NCBI GenBank assembly: GCA_039679675.1
Contig: JBDKUN010000033.1
Coordinates: 64,001 to 128,000, forward strand
DNA: 64,000 bases
Origin: Armatimonadota bacterium
Lineage (GTDB): Bacteria > Armatimonadota > UBA5829 > DTLH01
Reading direction: 5' to 3'
The first letter of the stretch is position 1. The number at the start of each line of letters is the position of its first letter. Under the pieces are notes generated by a model. It made no database searches and was not told the DNA's origin. It was given only the letters and a program-made list of their open reading frames with translations. The position numbers and the translations under genes were made by a program. Below, piece by piece: positions 30,093 through 38,327 of this stretch.

Positions 30093-31349
30093 TCAGTCCC
30101 CGCAGCAGCTCGGCGCAGTACACGCATTTTTGACCGTCTCGAAAAGCGCCTCGACCCTGACGGCAATCCGCGCGGAGTCAGAAGGCGAATAGTCGGTTTC
30201 AATCCTCAAGAACGGGACATGCAGCTCATTTTCGGCAAGCTGTTTCACCCGGTAAGATTCGATGCTGTAAGTAATGCACGCCTGCCATGCGAGGTCTATT
30301 ATGCACTCAGCACGGTACTGCCTCGCAATGTCGCGGATTGCGTCGATCCTACGATTGTTCTTCGTCATAACCGAGCAATGCAGATTGAAATACTTTGCAG
30401 CGAGCGCGCGGACCGGGTCGTCTGCATCGGCATCGACGTTTTCCAGAATCGGCTTTAAGCCAGTGCAGTTTTCGGCACAGACTATCAATCCGCCGTGGTC
30501 TTCGATAATATCGATTACCCTTTCCGCCCCATGAACTACCGGAACTCCGGTCAAAAGTACCCTTACTCTAGACGATCTATCGCCATTACCCGATTGTCCC
30601 TCGTATAACTTAACTGCCTTTTCATACTGCTCCAGATCGGCTGGTATGCCTGATATAGTGCTCTTAAGCTCTAGCAACTGCCGGCCTGTAATTGGTGGAC
30701 TATCCAGCTTCATAAGCTCAGCAAGCCGAAGCCTGAGCGCGCGCTCATGGTTCATTAAATCAATTGCTTCTCTGATCTTTTTATCTGTAATCTCTACATT
30801 GAACCGTTTTTCAAGCTCAAATATGAGCTTTTTCAGCTCAAGCACCCAGTGTTCAAATGCGTCGGCATCATCCTGTTTTTGCGGAAGCTCCATTATGTAT
30901 GTCGGTCTCGTCTCAGCCATCAGCTCGAACATCTTCTTCTTGCCGTCGCAGGTGGTCTCTGCGATGATAAGGTCTGCCATTTCAAGAAATGGATTGGAAC
31001 CAAGCGTATGGTAGCCGAATGTTGATTTGATGAGCGGACACAGGTTCGACGGCAGCGTCTCTTCTGCTGCAGGAATTGTCGCAGCAGAGCCGCCACAGAG
31101 GCACACAGGAACACCTCCTGCCGCCATTATCAGCTCTCTTGGGGCGTATTCGCACATAATCCCGACAACCGGCCTGCCTTCGGACTTTGTCTTTTCGGCG
31201 TAGTCCAGGCAGTTGTCGATCATATTATCGAACCAAGCAAGTGGTGCGGAGGAAATATGCCCGGTGGAGCAGGGCAGAGCGCTCGGAGGATTGCATGGAT
31301 CGCAGCTTTCCTTGTGAATATTCTTGTTATTGCCACAGCATCCGCTCAT
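30093..31349 (-). CDS. Double-cubane-cluster protein (DCCP)-like anaerobic reductase
   Basis: MCEYAPREL, NLCPLIKS, ETTCDGKKK, ENCTG, HCSVM, ACITY, ETDYS; extra CC motifs at both termini. Confidence 0.88.
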   Translation of the reverse strand: MSGCCGNNKNIHKESCDPCNPPSALPCSTGHISSAPLAWFDNMIDNCLDYAEKTKSEGRPVVGIMCEYAPRELIMAAGGVPVCLCGGSAATIPAAEETLPSNLCPLIKSTFGYHTLGSNPFLEMADLIIAETTCDGKKKMFELMAETRPTYIMELPQKQDDADAFEHWVLELKKLIFELEKRFNVEITDKKIREAIDLMNHERALRLRLAELMKLDSPPITGRQLLELKSTISGIPADLEQYEKAVKLYEGQSGNGDRSSRVRVLLTGVPVVHGAERVIDIIEDHGGLIVCAENCTGLKPILENVDADADDPVRALAAKYFNLHCSVMTKNNRRIDAIRDIARQYRAECIIDLAWQACITYSIESYRVKQLAENELHVPFLRIETDYSPSDSARIAVRVEALFETVKNACTAPSCCGD

Positions 31350-31361
31350 CTTATTCAGTCC

Positions 31362-32168
31362 CTAGTCTTTCTTATGTGCAACAAACAATCCTTGAATGAT
31401 TTTACCGGCATGTGCGAGTTCTTGGATGAACATCATCTCGCCAGCAAGCGCCTTAAAGAGTTCTGTATCATAACCGATGGTTCTCAGCGCGTCGGAAGTG
31501 AGCTGCATATCGAGCATAGCGAGGTAAAGGTCTACACATGGAGCATATCTCCCGGTATCCTCGCAAATCTTCACATCGCAGCCGCTTGCCGTGAGTAAAT
31601 CGCAGTAGCCGTTTGTGTCCTGTAGGTTCGGGAACTTCATGAACCGCATAAACCGGTCGGCTTCGTCTTTTGTAAGTCCGGCAGGTCCCTCAATCCAGTC
31701 GGTGAAGGCAATAGTCCCGCCCGGCTTTACCAGACGCGCAGCTTCGGCTATCAACTGCGGTTTGTCTTCGACATAGCACCATGCGTCCTCGCCCCAAATG
31801 AAGTCGGCAGTGGAATCGGGAAGCCCGCTGTCGCAGGCATCGGCGAGCGTAAATGTGGCTCTATTGCCAAAACCTTCTTCCGCACACCTGTACTTTGCGC
31901 GGTTCATTACTTCTTCTGTCGCATCGACTCCGTGCATGTGTTTTACATCCTGGAACCTCAGAAGAAACCTCATTCCGGCGCCGTTGCAGCAGCAGAGATC
32001 GATTCCGTAGCCTTTTCCGGCCACTTTGGCCTTTTCGGCAAGGTCCATGGAGGATTTGAATCCGCCTATGTGGATCTGGTGGCCCATAATCAGTTCCCAA
32101 AGATTACCTTCCGGCCCGCTGTACACTGATTGAACGTCACATAACCCTATTCCTTGAATGCCTTTCAT
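31362..32168 (-). CDS. Class I SAM-dependent methyltransferase with CCC in motif I
   Basis: GIDLCCCNGAG, GVD, DFIWGEDAWCY, LVKPGG..FTDW. Confidence 0.85.
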   Translation of the reverse strand: MKGIQGIGLCDVQSVYSGPEGNLWELIMGHQIHIGGFKSSMDLAEKAKVAGKGYGIDLCCCNGAGMRFLLRFQDVKHMHGVDATEEVMNRAKYRCAEEGFGNRATFTLADACDSGLPDSTADFIWGEDAWCYVEDKPQLIAEAARLVKPGGTIAFTDWIEGPAGLTKDEADRFMRFMKFPNLQDTNGYCDLLTASGCDVKICEDTGRYAPCVDLYLAMLDMQLTSDALRTIGYDTELFKALAGEMMFIQELAHAGKIIQGLFVAHKKD

Positions 32169-32184
32169 TGCCCGTCCCCTTTCT

Positions 32185-34107
32185 TTATCTTAAGAGCCTT
32201 CTATCCCCGTCTCTTCTTGTTAAGCAGGTGCTGTCAAAGTATTCCAGAAGCGCAATTGCGTATTTTCGTGAAACCGAGAGAAGATCGCGCAGTTCGGCAG
32301 CTGTAATCCCGCCGTTTGCCTTGATGTACTCGATAACGGACTTTTTCGCTTTCTCAAAGGTGTCTCTATGATATGTGACCTTGTCACTTAAACGCAGTAA
32401 TTGTCCCTGGTCAATAAGGCTCTTCATAACGTTATCGAAGACCTTTGGTGAAAGCCGCAGTTCCTCCATCACATCATCTTCGAGAGGAGTCGAGTAACCA
32501 GCAGCTAAGAAAACCGACTCTATCCTATCTGCCGCCCTCTGTTCGGCATCTGAGAGCTTCGATTGATGGTCCGAGAGTCCAACTTTGTTGTCCCTTTTTA
32601 CCAAAATCTTATTCTCAGCAAGTTTCGAGACAATTGCATCGAAAACCTGCCGGTCGGCAAGCTTCAAGAACCTGGATTGCAGGTCTGCAGCAGGCATCAT
32701 CGTCTTGTAAGCGTCTTTTGAGTAGTAGTCCTTGATAATCTCGATCAGTTTTGCCGTCAGCTCATCGAACCTGTCTTTTTGAAGATACTTCTCTTGAGCG
32801 CCTGAAGCTATCAAGGCGAGCTTTCCAACACTTATAAGCGATTTTATAACTTCGGCTACCTCTGATTCGCTCTCTTCGACGGCAAAAGCAATCTCCGAGG
32901 CAGTCTTTGGCGCGAATCTGGACTTGAAGAAGGCATGATCGACAACATCAGAGATGCAACCTTCGAGCTTCTCCAGTCCTTCGATTGCGGTTTTATCGAA
33001 ACGCTTATGATGCGCGGGCTGTGAGTCGAGTATTGTCCCACCTCCGATGGTCTCCTGCGAAGAGAATGACCGTATGACGAACCTGTCTTTAGGGAGCGCA
33101 ACCGTAGGCGACTCCAGCACAAGCTGCGCATAGCCGGTCTCGCCTGGTATAAGTGTTTCTGCGTCCAGAAGCACTGTGCGGCACATCACCTCGTCTGTCC
33201 CGACGTGCAGCCTGACACGGGTGCGGTTCTTCAGCTCGTCATTGTAGCTCTGAGACACGAAAAGCCGGACATCGAGAAGCGTAGTAGGGGAGAGCGAGCC
33301 GGGAGCGCAGGCGACCTGCCCGCGTCTTAATTGATCCTTCTTCACATCCTGAAGGTTGATAGCTGTGCGCCTGCCGAGATAAGACCTTTCCTTGCTCTCA
33401 TTGTGAATCTGTATTCCGCGGACTCTTGCATTTAGTCCATCGGGCATTATCTCCAGCCTGTCGCCGACATTTACCTCGCCTGATAATACCGTCCCCGCAA
33501 TGACCGCGCCGAAGCCCTGCAACGCAAAAACGCGGTCTACAGGCATCCTGAATATTCCGCTGTCCCGGCGTTTTTTGGTCTTCCCGGCAACAGAAATGAG
33601 GGCAGACCGCACTTCATCGACCCCGGCTCCGGTAATTGCCGAAACAGGGATAATCGGTTGGCTTTCGAGGAATGTCCCGGCGACGAGACTTTCAATATCT
33701 GACTTAACGATGCGTATATGCTCATTGTCTACGAGATCGGCCTTAGTGATTGCAATAATCCCGGTCTCTACTCCGAGGATTCGCAGAATATCAAAGTGCT
33801 CGCGCGTCTGGACATTGATTCCCTCGTCAGCGGCTACTACCAAGAGCGCTGCGTCTATATTGCTTGCGCCTGCAACCATCGTCTTGATGAGCTTTTCATG
33901 TCCGGGGACATCAATGAAGACGATTTGCCGGTCGAGCCCTGGCGTCTCCAAAAAGGCGAAGCCGAGCTCGATTGTGATTCCACGCTTTTTCTCTTCTGTA
34001 AGCGTGTCACAATCAAAGCCGGTGAGCGCTTTAACCAAAGCTGTCTTTCCGTGATCGATGTGCCCGGCAGTCCCAATTATTGTTTGTTCAATCTCAATAA
34101 GTGTCAT
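32185..34107 (-). CDS. selB: Selenocysteine-specific elongation factor
   Basis: GTAGHIDHGKT, GITIELGF, DVPGHE, C-terminal SRKYAIALLEYFD..TRRDGDRR; start moved to ATG 34107. Confidence 0.97.
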   Translation of the reverse strand: MTLIEIEQTIIGTAGHIDHGKTALVKALTGFDCDTLTEEKKRGITIELGFAFLETPGLDRQIVFIDVPGHEKLIKTMVAGASNIDAALLVVAADEGINVQTREHFDILRILGVETGIIAITKADLVDNEHIRIVKSDIESLVAGTFLESQPIIPVSAITGAGVDEVRSALISVAGKTKKRRDSGIFRMPVDRVFALQGFGAVIAGTVLSGEVNVGDRLEIMPDGLNARVRGIQIHNESKERSYLGRRTAINLQDVKKDQLRRGQVACAPGSLSPTTLLDVRLFVSQSYNDELKNRTRVRLHVGTDEVMCRTVLLDAETLIPGETGYAQLVLESPTVALPKDRFVIRSFSSQETIGGGTILDSQPAHHKRFDKTAIEGLEKLEGCISDVVDHAFFKSRFAPKTASEIAFAVEESESEVAEVIKSLISVGKLALIASGAQEKYLQKDRFDELTAKLIEIIKDYYSKDAYKTMMPAADLQSRFLKLADRQVFDAIVSKLAENKILVKRDNKVGLSDHQSKLSDAEQRAADRIESVFLAAGYSTPLEDDVMEELRLSPKVFDNVMKSLIDQGQLLRLSDKVTYHRDTFEKAKKSVIEYIKANGGITAAELRDLLSVSRKYAIALLEYFDSTCLTRRDGDRRLLR

Positions 34108-34122
34108 TTTGAAACACGAATT

Positions 34123-34412
34123 CCCTATGCATCGGGACCGCAGTTCGTCCCGATGCACGACATTCACAAATTTAAAAAGTTTCTTCGCTTCGCTAGCCTG
34201 TATTGTTCGAAGAAAATACAGGCAGAATGACATTGTTGCTTCGGACCGCTTGCTGCCGAAGCGTTCGCCGCAGGCGGACTTCACCCTATGCTTCGGGATC
34301 GCAGTCCATCCTACTACCCCGTGGACCTACTGGACCACGGGGGTATTAACCGTGGACCTACTGGACCACGGGGGTATTAACCGTGGTCTCACCGGACCAC
34401 GTGGAGAAGCAC
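34123..34412. repeat. Composite palindromic cluster between selD and selB, with a 31-nt tandem repeat
   Basis: Family C hairpins at 34123-34172 and 34235-34305; CCGTGGACCTACTGGACCACGGGGGTATTAA x2 (34319, 34350) plus a degenerate third at 34381. Confidence 0.8.
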
Positions 34413-34454
34413 AAGTCTCCACAAAACCCACTCCTAAATCCTGAATTCTAACTC

Positions 34455-36032
34455 CTAAATCTTATTCATAACCGATTCGTAAAACATCCTGACAGGTGCG
34501 CCGCCGAAAGAGATCGCCATCCACACTGCCTCGTCAATCTCTTCTTCGCCGATCCCCATGCCCCGCGCCTTATTGATGTGAATTTTGATGCATGGCTCGC
34601 ACTTGGATAAAACCGACAGTGAAATTGCCATAAGTTCTTTTGTTCGGAGTGAAACTGCGCCAGGTGCATTGACTGTGCGCATAAAGTCACCGAATATCTC
34701 TTCTGCTGTTGATTGCGTACTCGTTTTTGTCTCAACTGGCGCGGCACAGCAGTCTGCACTCATTGATGAGCAGCAGGCTCCGTCATTTGGTTCTGGCATA
34801 TCAGCACTCTCCTTACGCGTCGGGGTATATGTCCCACTGCTGGTTCTCAAGAGGATTCTACCTTCTGATTTTGAGATGACTTTCCCTATAACTGTCGCAT
34901 GGCTAACGCCCCGTGACCTGAGCTTTTCGACCAATGCGCCGGATTTTGCCTCAGAAATGGCTATCAAAAGCCCTCCAGAGGTCTGCGGGTCGTACAGGAC
35001 GTGGACTATTTCTTCCGGTACATCGCTCGATACGGAAACACGGCTGGAGGCGTATTCGCTGTTTCTCTCGATACCGCCGGAGATGTATCCCTGTGCAACA
35101 TAGTCTAATATTTCATCAAAAACCGGCACTTGATCGGTGTAAACTTCTGCCGTAACGCCGCTCTGCGATACCATCTCGCCGAGGTGTCCCAGAAGGCCGA
35201 ATCCAGTTACATCCGTAGCCGTCGTGACTCCCATCTCGCTAATAACCTCGGCGGCAGCCTTGTTTAGCTCGGTCATGGACTTCGCTGCAGCGGCCAGTGC
35301 AGCGCCGGATGCTTTTCCCATCTGCCCTGCAAAGCTGATGATGCCGACTCCGAGCGGTTTTGTAAGCACCAATAGATCACCAGGCTGCGCTTTATCGTTT
35401 GTAATGATTCTGGACGGATTGACTATCCCCGTGACGGCGTAACCGAACTTGGGGTCTTTGTCGTTGACGCTGTGCCCGCCTATGATTGCAACCCCGGCTT
35501 CCTGCATTTTGTCCATCCCGCCGCGAAGCATCTGGGCCATTATCTCGTGACTCAATGTTTCGATAGGAAAACCGATTACCGAGAGCGCTGTCATCGGCTT
35601 TCCGCCCATCGCATAGACATCACTGAGTGAGTTCGCGGCGGCTATCTGGCCGAAGGTGTACGGATCGTCTACACTTGGCGTGAAAACATCCACTGTCTGA
35701 ACAAGCGCGGTATCTTCGTCAATTTTGTAGACACCGGCATCGTCGCACGTGTTCGTGCCGACAAGAACGCGAGGGTCCGACACCTGCGGGAGCCCGGAAA
35801 GTACCTTTTTTAAGTCATTCTGGTTGATCTTGGAGGCGCAGCCTGCCTTCTCGACTAGCGTTGTGAGATTAACATGCTCAATCGTCTGTTCCGGGCGCTC
35901 TCCGGCGCACGGACATATATTCTTATTTTTGAAAGTGTCGCAAGGGCAACCCTGCTTGGGGTTACAGATGCAGTGCCCCAGCTTTATGGACCGCTGCATG
36001 ACTCGGCGTCTTTTTTCGATGTCTATTTTCAT
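34455..36032 (-). CDS. selD: Selenophosphate synthetase fused to an N-terminal Cys-rich domain and a C-terminal AhpD/CMD domain
   Basis: AGCASK, DDAGVY, QTVDVF, AAANSLSDVYAMGG, GGHS, TDVTGFGLLGH, DPQTSGGLL; N-term CICNPKQGCPC..CPC; C-term KELMAIS..CEPC..H. Confidence 0.95.
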   Translation of the reverse strand: MKIDIEKRRRVMQRSIKLGHCICNPKQGCPCDTFKNKNICPCAGERPEQTIEHVNLTTLVEKAGCASKINQNDLKKVLSGLPQVSDPRVLVGTNTCDDAGVYKIDEDTALVQTVDVFTPSVDDPYTFGQIAAANSLSDVYAMGGKPMTALSVIGFPIETLSHEIMAQMLRGGMDKMQEAGVAIIGGHSVNDKDPKFGYAVTGIVNPSRIITNDKAQPGDLLVLTKPLGVGIISFAGQMGKASGAALAAAAKSMTELNKAAAEVISEMGVTTATDVTGFGLLGHLGEMVSQSGVTAEVYTDQVPVFDEILDYVAQGYISGGIERNSEYASSRVSVSSDVPEEIVHVLYDPQTSGGLLIAISEAKSGALVEKLRSRGVSHATVIGKVISKSEGRILLRTSSGTYTPTRKESADMPEPNDGACCSSMSADCCAAPVETKTSTQSTAEEIFGDFMRTVNAPGAVSLRTKELMAISLSVLSKCEPCIKIHINKARGMGIGEEEIDEAVWMAISFGGAPVRMFYESVMNKI

Positions 36033-36036
36033 ACCA

Positions 36037-37428
36037 CTACTCATTCCTAAAGATAGCTCGAATCGCATCTACCACGTTGCTGTCTTCATTCGGCTGAATT
36101 GTCCTGAAGTCGAACAACACCGACTCCTGATGTATACGCGCAAATATCGGAGTGTCGTTATATCTGAGTTTTCTTGCGAGCGAATCGGCAGACATGTTCT
36201 CAGACTTCACACTGAGGAGTTTTGTTGCTATAGTTTCGGCGGGAACAGACCCGCTCCCGACCTGTGATCTGCCATCTATTACGGATACCTCTGCTGATAT
36301 ATCTCCGAGCTTGTCAGCCACAGCCTGCACACGTCTGTCGAGCTCATCCAGCGGGGTAGAAAGCATTCTGTAAGTCGGATGCCTCTCCTCCAGCCTGTCG
36401 GGACCCAAAAATAGCTTGAGAGTAGCCTCCAGTGCCGCGACTTCCATCTTTCCGACTCTGAGAGCCCTTGCGAGCGGATTTTTCTTGATCTTTTTGATGG
36501 TCTCTTCCATCCCGATGATAATCCCGGACTGCGGCCCGCCGATCAGCTTGTCTCCGCTGAAGCATATCGCATCGCATCCCGCCTTCACACTTGCCTGCAC
36601 CATCGGCTCAGACTCAAGCCCGTATTTGGTAAGGTCAACTAGCGCGCCGCTTCCCAGGTCGTCGATAATTGGGATGCCATGTTCCTTCGCAAGTGGGGCC
36701 ATCTCTTCAACAGTAGGCTCTGCAGTGAACCCGACTATCCTGTAGTTACTCTGGTGGACGTGCAGGATGGCTCCAGTGTTCTCATTTATGGCTGCAGCGT
36801 AGTCTCGAAGGTGAGTTTTGTTCGTAGTTCCGACTTCGCGCATGATCGCGCTGCTCGCTGCCATCACATCAGGCATACGAAACGCACCGCCGATCTCTAC
36901 TAACTGACCACGGGAGACGATTACTTCTTTACCGGCTGCAATCGTGTTCAGAATCAGCATTGTGGCGGCAGCATTGTTGTTCACAATGGTCGCCGCTTCA
37001 GCTCCGGTGAGTTCACAGAGCAGTCTGCTTATGTGGATGTCCCGGCTGCCTCTCTGTCCCGTCTCAATATCAGTCGCAAGGGTGCAGTAGCCTTTTATAA
37101 CATCACTTACCGCCGTAGCGGCAGCTTCAGAGAGCATCGCTCGTCCAAGTCCAGTATGAAGTATGATTCCTGCGGCGTTTATGGCGTGCCGTATAGACGG
37201 CCTGAACTCGGCTTTGATGTATTCCAGAACTATCCCGCCGACGTTCTCAGGTGATAGGTCCATCTCCGGCCCATCTTCACTGATGATTCGGCTGCGTAGC
37301 TTGTCCACGACTTTCCGGCATGAGTCGGCGAGAAATTCACGGTCATGATCATCTAGCGCACTCTTCAGCGCTTCCGTATTCATCAATTCATCTATTGCAG
37401 GCAGTTTCCGCAGGATGTCTTTCTTCAT
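36037..37428 (-). CDS. selA: L-seryl-tRNA(Sec) selenium transferase
   Basis: INAAGIILHTGLGRA, VNNNAAA, SRGQLVEIGGAFR, EVGTTNKTH, DDLGSG, FSGDKLIGGPQ. Confidence 0.97.
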   Translation of the reverse strand: MKKDILRKLPAIDELMNTEALKSALDDHDREFLADSCRKVVDKLRSRIISEDGPEMDLSPENVGGIVLEYIKAEFRPSIRHAINAAGIILHTGLGRAMLSEAAATAVSDVIKGYCTLATDIETGQRGSRDIHISRLLCELTGAEAATIVNNNAAATMLILNTIAAGKEVIVSRGQLVEIGGAFRMPDVMAASSAIMREVGTTNKTHLRDYAAAINENTGAILHVHQSNYRIVGFTAEPTVEEMAPLAKEHGIPIIDDLGSGALVDLTKYGLESEPMVQASVKAGCDAICFSGDKLIGGPQSGIIIGMEETIKKIKKNPLARALRVGKMEVAALEATLKLFLGPDRLEERHPTYRMLSTPLDELDRRVQAVADKLGDISAEVSVIDGRSQVGSGSVPAETIATKLLSVKSENMSADSLARKLRYNDTPIFARIHQESVLFDFRTIQPNEDSNVVDAIRAIFRNE

Positions 37429-37463
37429 TGAATGTCCCTCAGGTTATCTCAAGTCTCAAATAT

Positions 37464-37501
37464 AAAAAACGGGGGCTGACGCATCACGTCAACCCCCGTT
37501 T
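37464..37501 (-). terminator. Intrinsic terminator-like hairpin just upstream of selA
   Basis: Minus strand GGGGGTTGACG-TGATG-CGTCAGCCCCC followed by GTTTTTT. Confidence 0.7.
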
Positions 37502-37539
37502 AATACTGAATTCTGCCCGAAATAGTTGTAATAACTCTA

Positions 37540-38253
37540 CTATCTTGTCCAGATAGTATCTTTTATCGTTACTTTAAATGGGCCGGTTTGAAGCACAGGG
37601 CGAACTGTGACACGTCCTTTTACACTTGATGGTATTCCCCCGGAATACGTGCATGTGCCGCCTCACCCATACTTGAATGACCCACTCCAGACCACCTTGC
37701 CAGTGCTGTTTATTACTTTGAAGCGTGGAGGGTCGGTTTCTCCATCAGATTTTTTGATTACACATTTGTTGTTGCCCTGAGCAGTAACTACGTTGAGGTC
37801 CAGATCTGCTTTGTTGCCGTGCTTGGTGACTTTTATGGACGCGATGAAAGGCGGGCCAAAATTAAGTTTCTGAGCCTTATTCGCCGAGATATCGATCTTG
37901 AGCGTATTACCAGGCGATATAGATGCGGTCCAGCTCACATTGTTCTTATCTTTAGCTATCGCGTCGCAGCCCCAGACATCATGATTACCGACAGGTAAAA
38001 GCAGCACACCATTAGTGGTAGAATATTCGCTGATTTTCCTGCCTGAGTTGCTGAACGTCGTAAGTACAGCATTCCCATGGTAAGGAAGAGTCACTTTTCC
38101 CATCTTACCTTTGTACGTTTTGGGGTCAAAGCGCTCGAATCCAAGAGTGCCGCTCTTGGCGGAATAGCTGGTTATACCGATTGCCACGAGCGCGCATACA
38201 CCGGCCAAAACTGATGCCATGATTTTTCTGGAGTTCTTTTGAATTGTGGTCAT
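37540..38253 (-). CDS. Putative exported selenoprotein (237 aa with Sec; YGUGGTC motif)
   Basis: TGA at 37663-37665 is followed in frame by GGTCTYSGGIPSSVKGRVTVRPVLQTGPFKVTIKDTIWTR then TAG; SECIS-like hairpin; N-terminal signal/TM; GGAGG SD; next to selA. Confidence 0.75.
37632..37648 (-). promoter_or_regulatory. Candidate bacterial SECIS element 1
   Basis: GTATTCC-GGG-GGAATAC stem-loop starting 14 nt after the UGA; G-containing loop. Confidence 0.65.
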
Positions 38254-38327
38254 TCTTCTTTTCTCACCTCCTTTCGCAGTAGCATTAATGAATCTCAGGT
38301 ATTAACCGAAACGCCATAGGCGGGATT

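Noticed and set aside
34108..34284. 59-aa N-terminal extension of SelB in the ORF track
   Set aside because: It runs through repeat DNA; the G-domain begins just after ATG 34107.
34319..34412. Possible CRISPR array (31-nt palindromic repeats)
   Set aside because: Units are directly abutting with no unique spacers, no cas genes are present, and the unit resembles a REP at ~21990.
35825..35860. SelD itself as a selenoprotein
   Set aside because: The active-site codon is TGC (AGCASK) and the ORF has no in-frame TGA.
37429..37662. selC (tRNA-Sec) expected beside selA
   Set aside because: No cloverleaf, TCA anticodon arm or T-loop was seen here or in other intergenic regions. The space is explained by the read-through extension and a terminator, so selC is presumably elsewhere.
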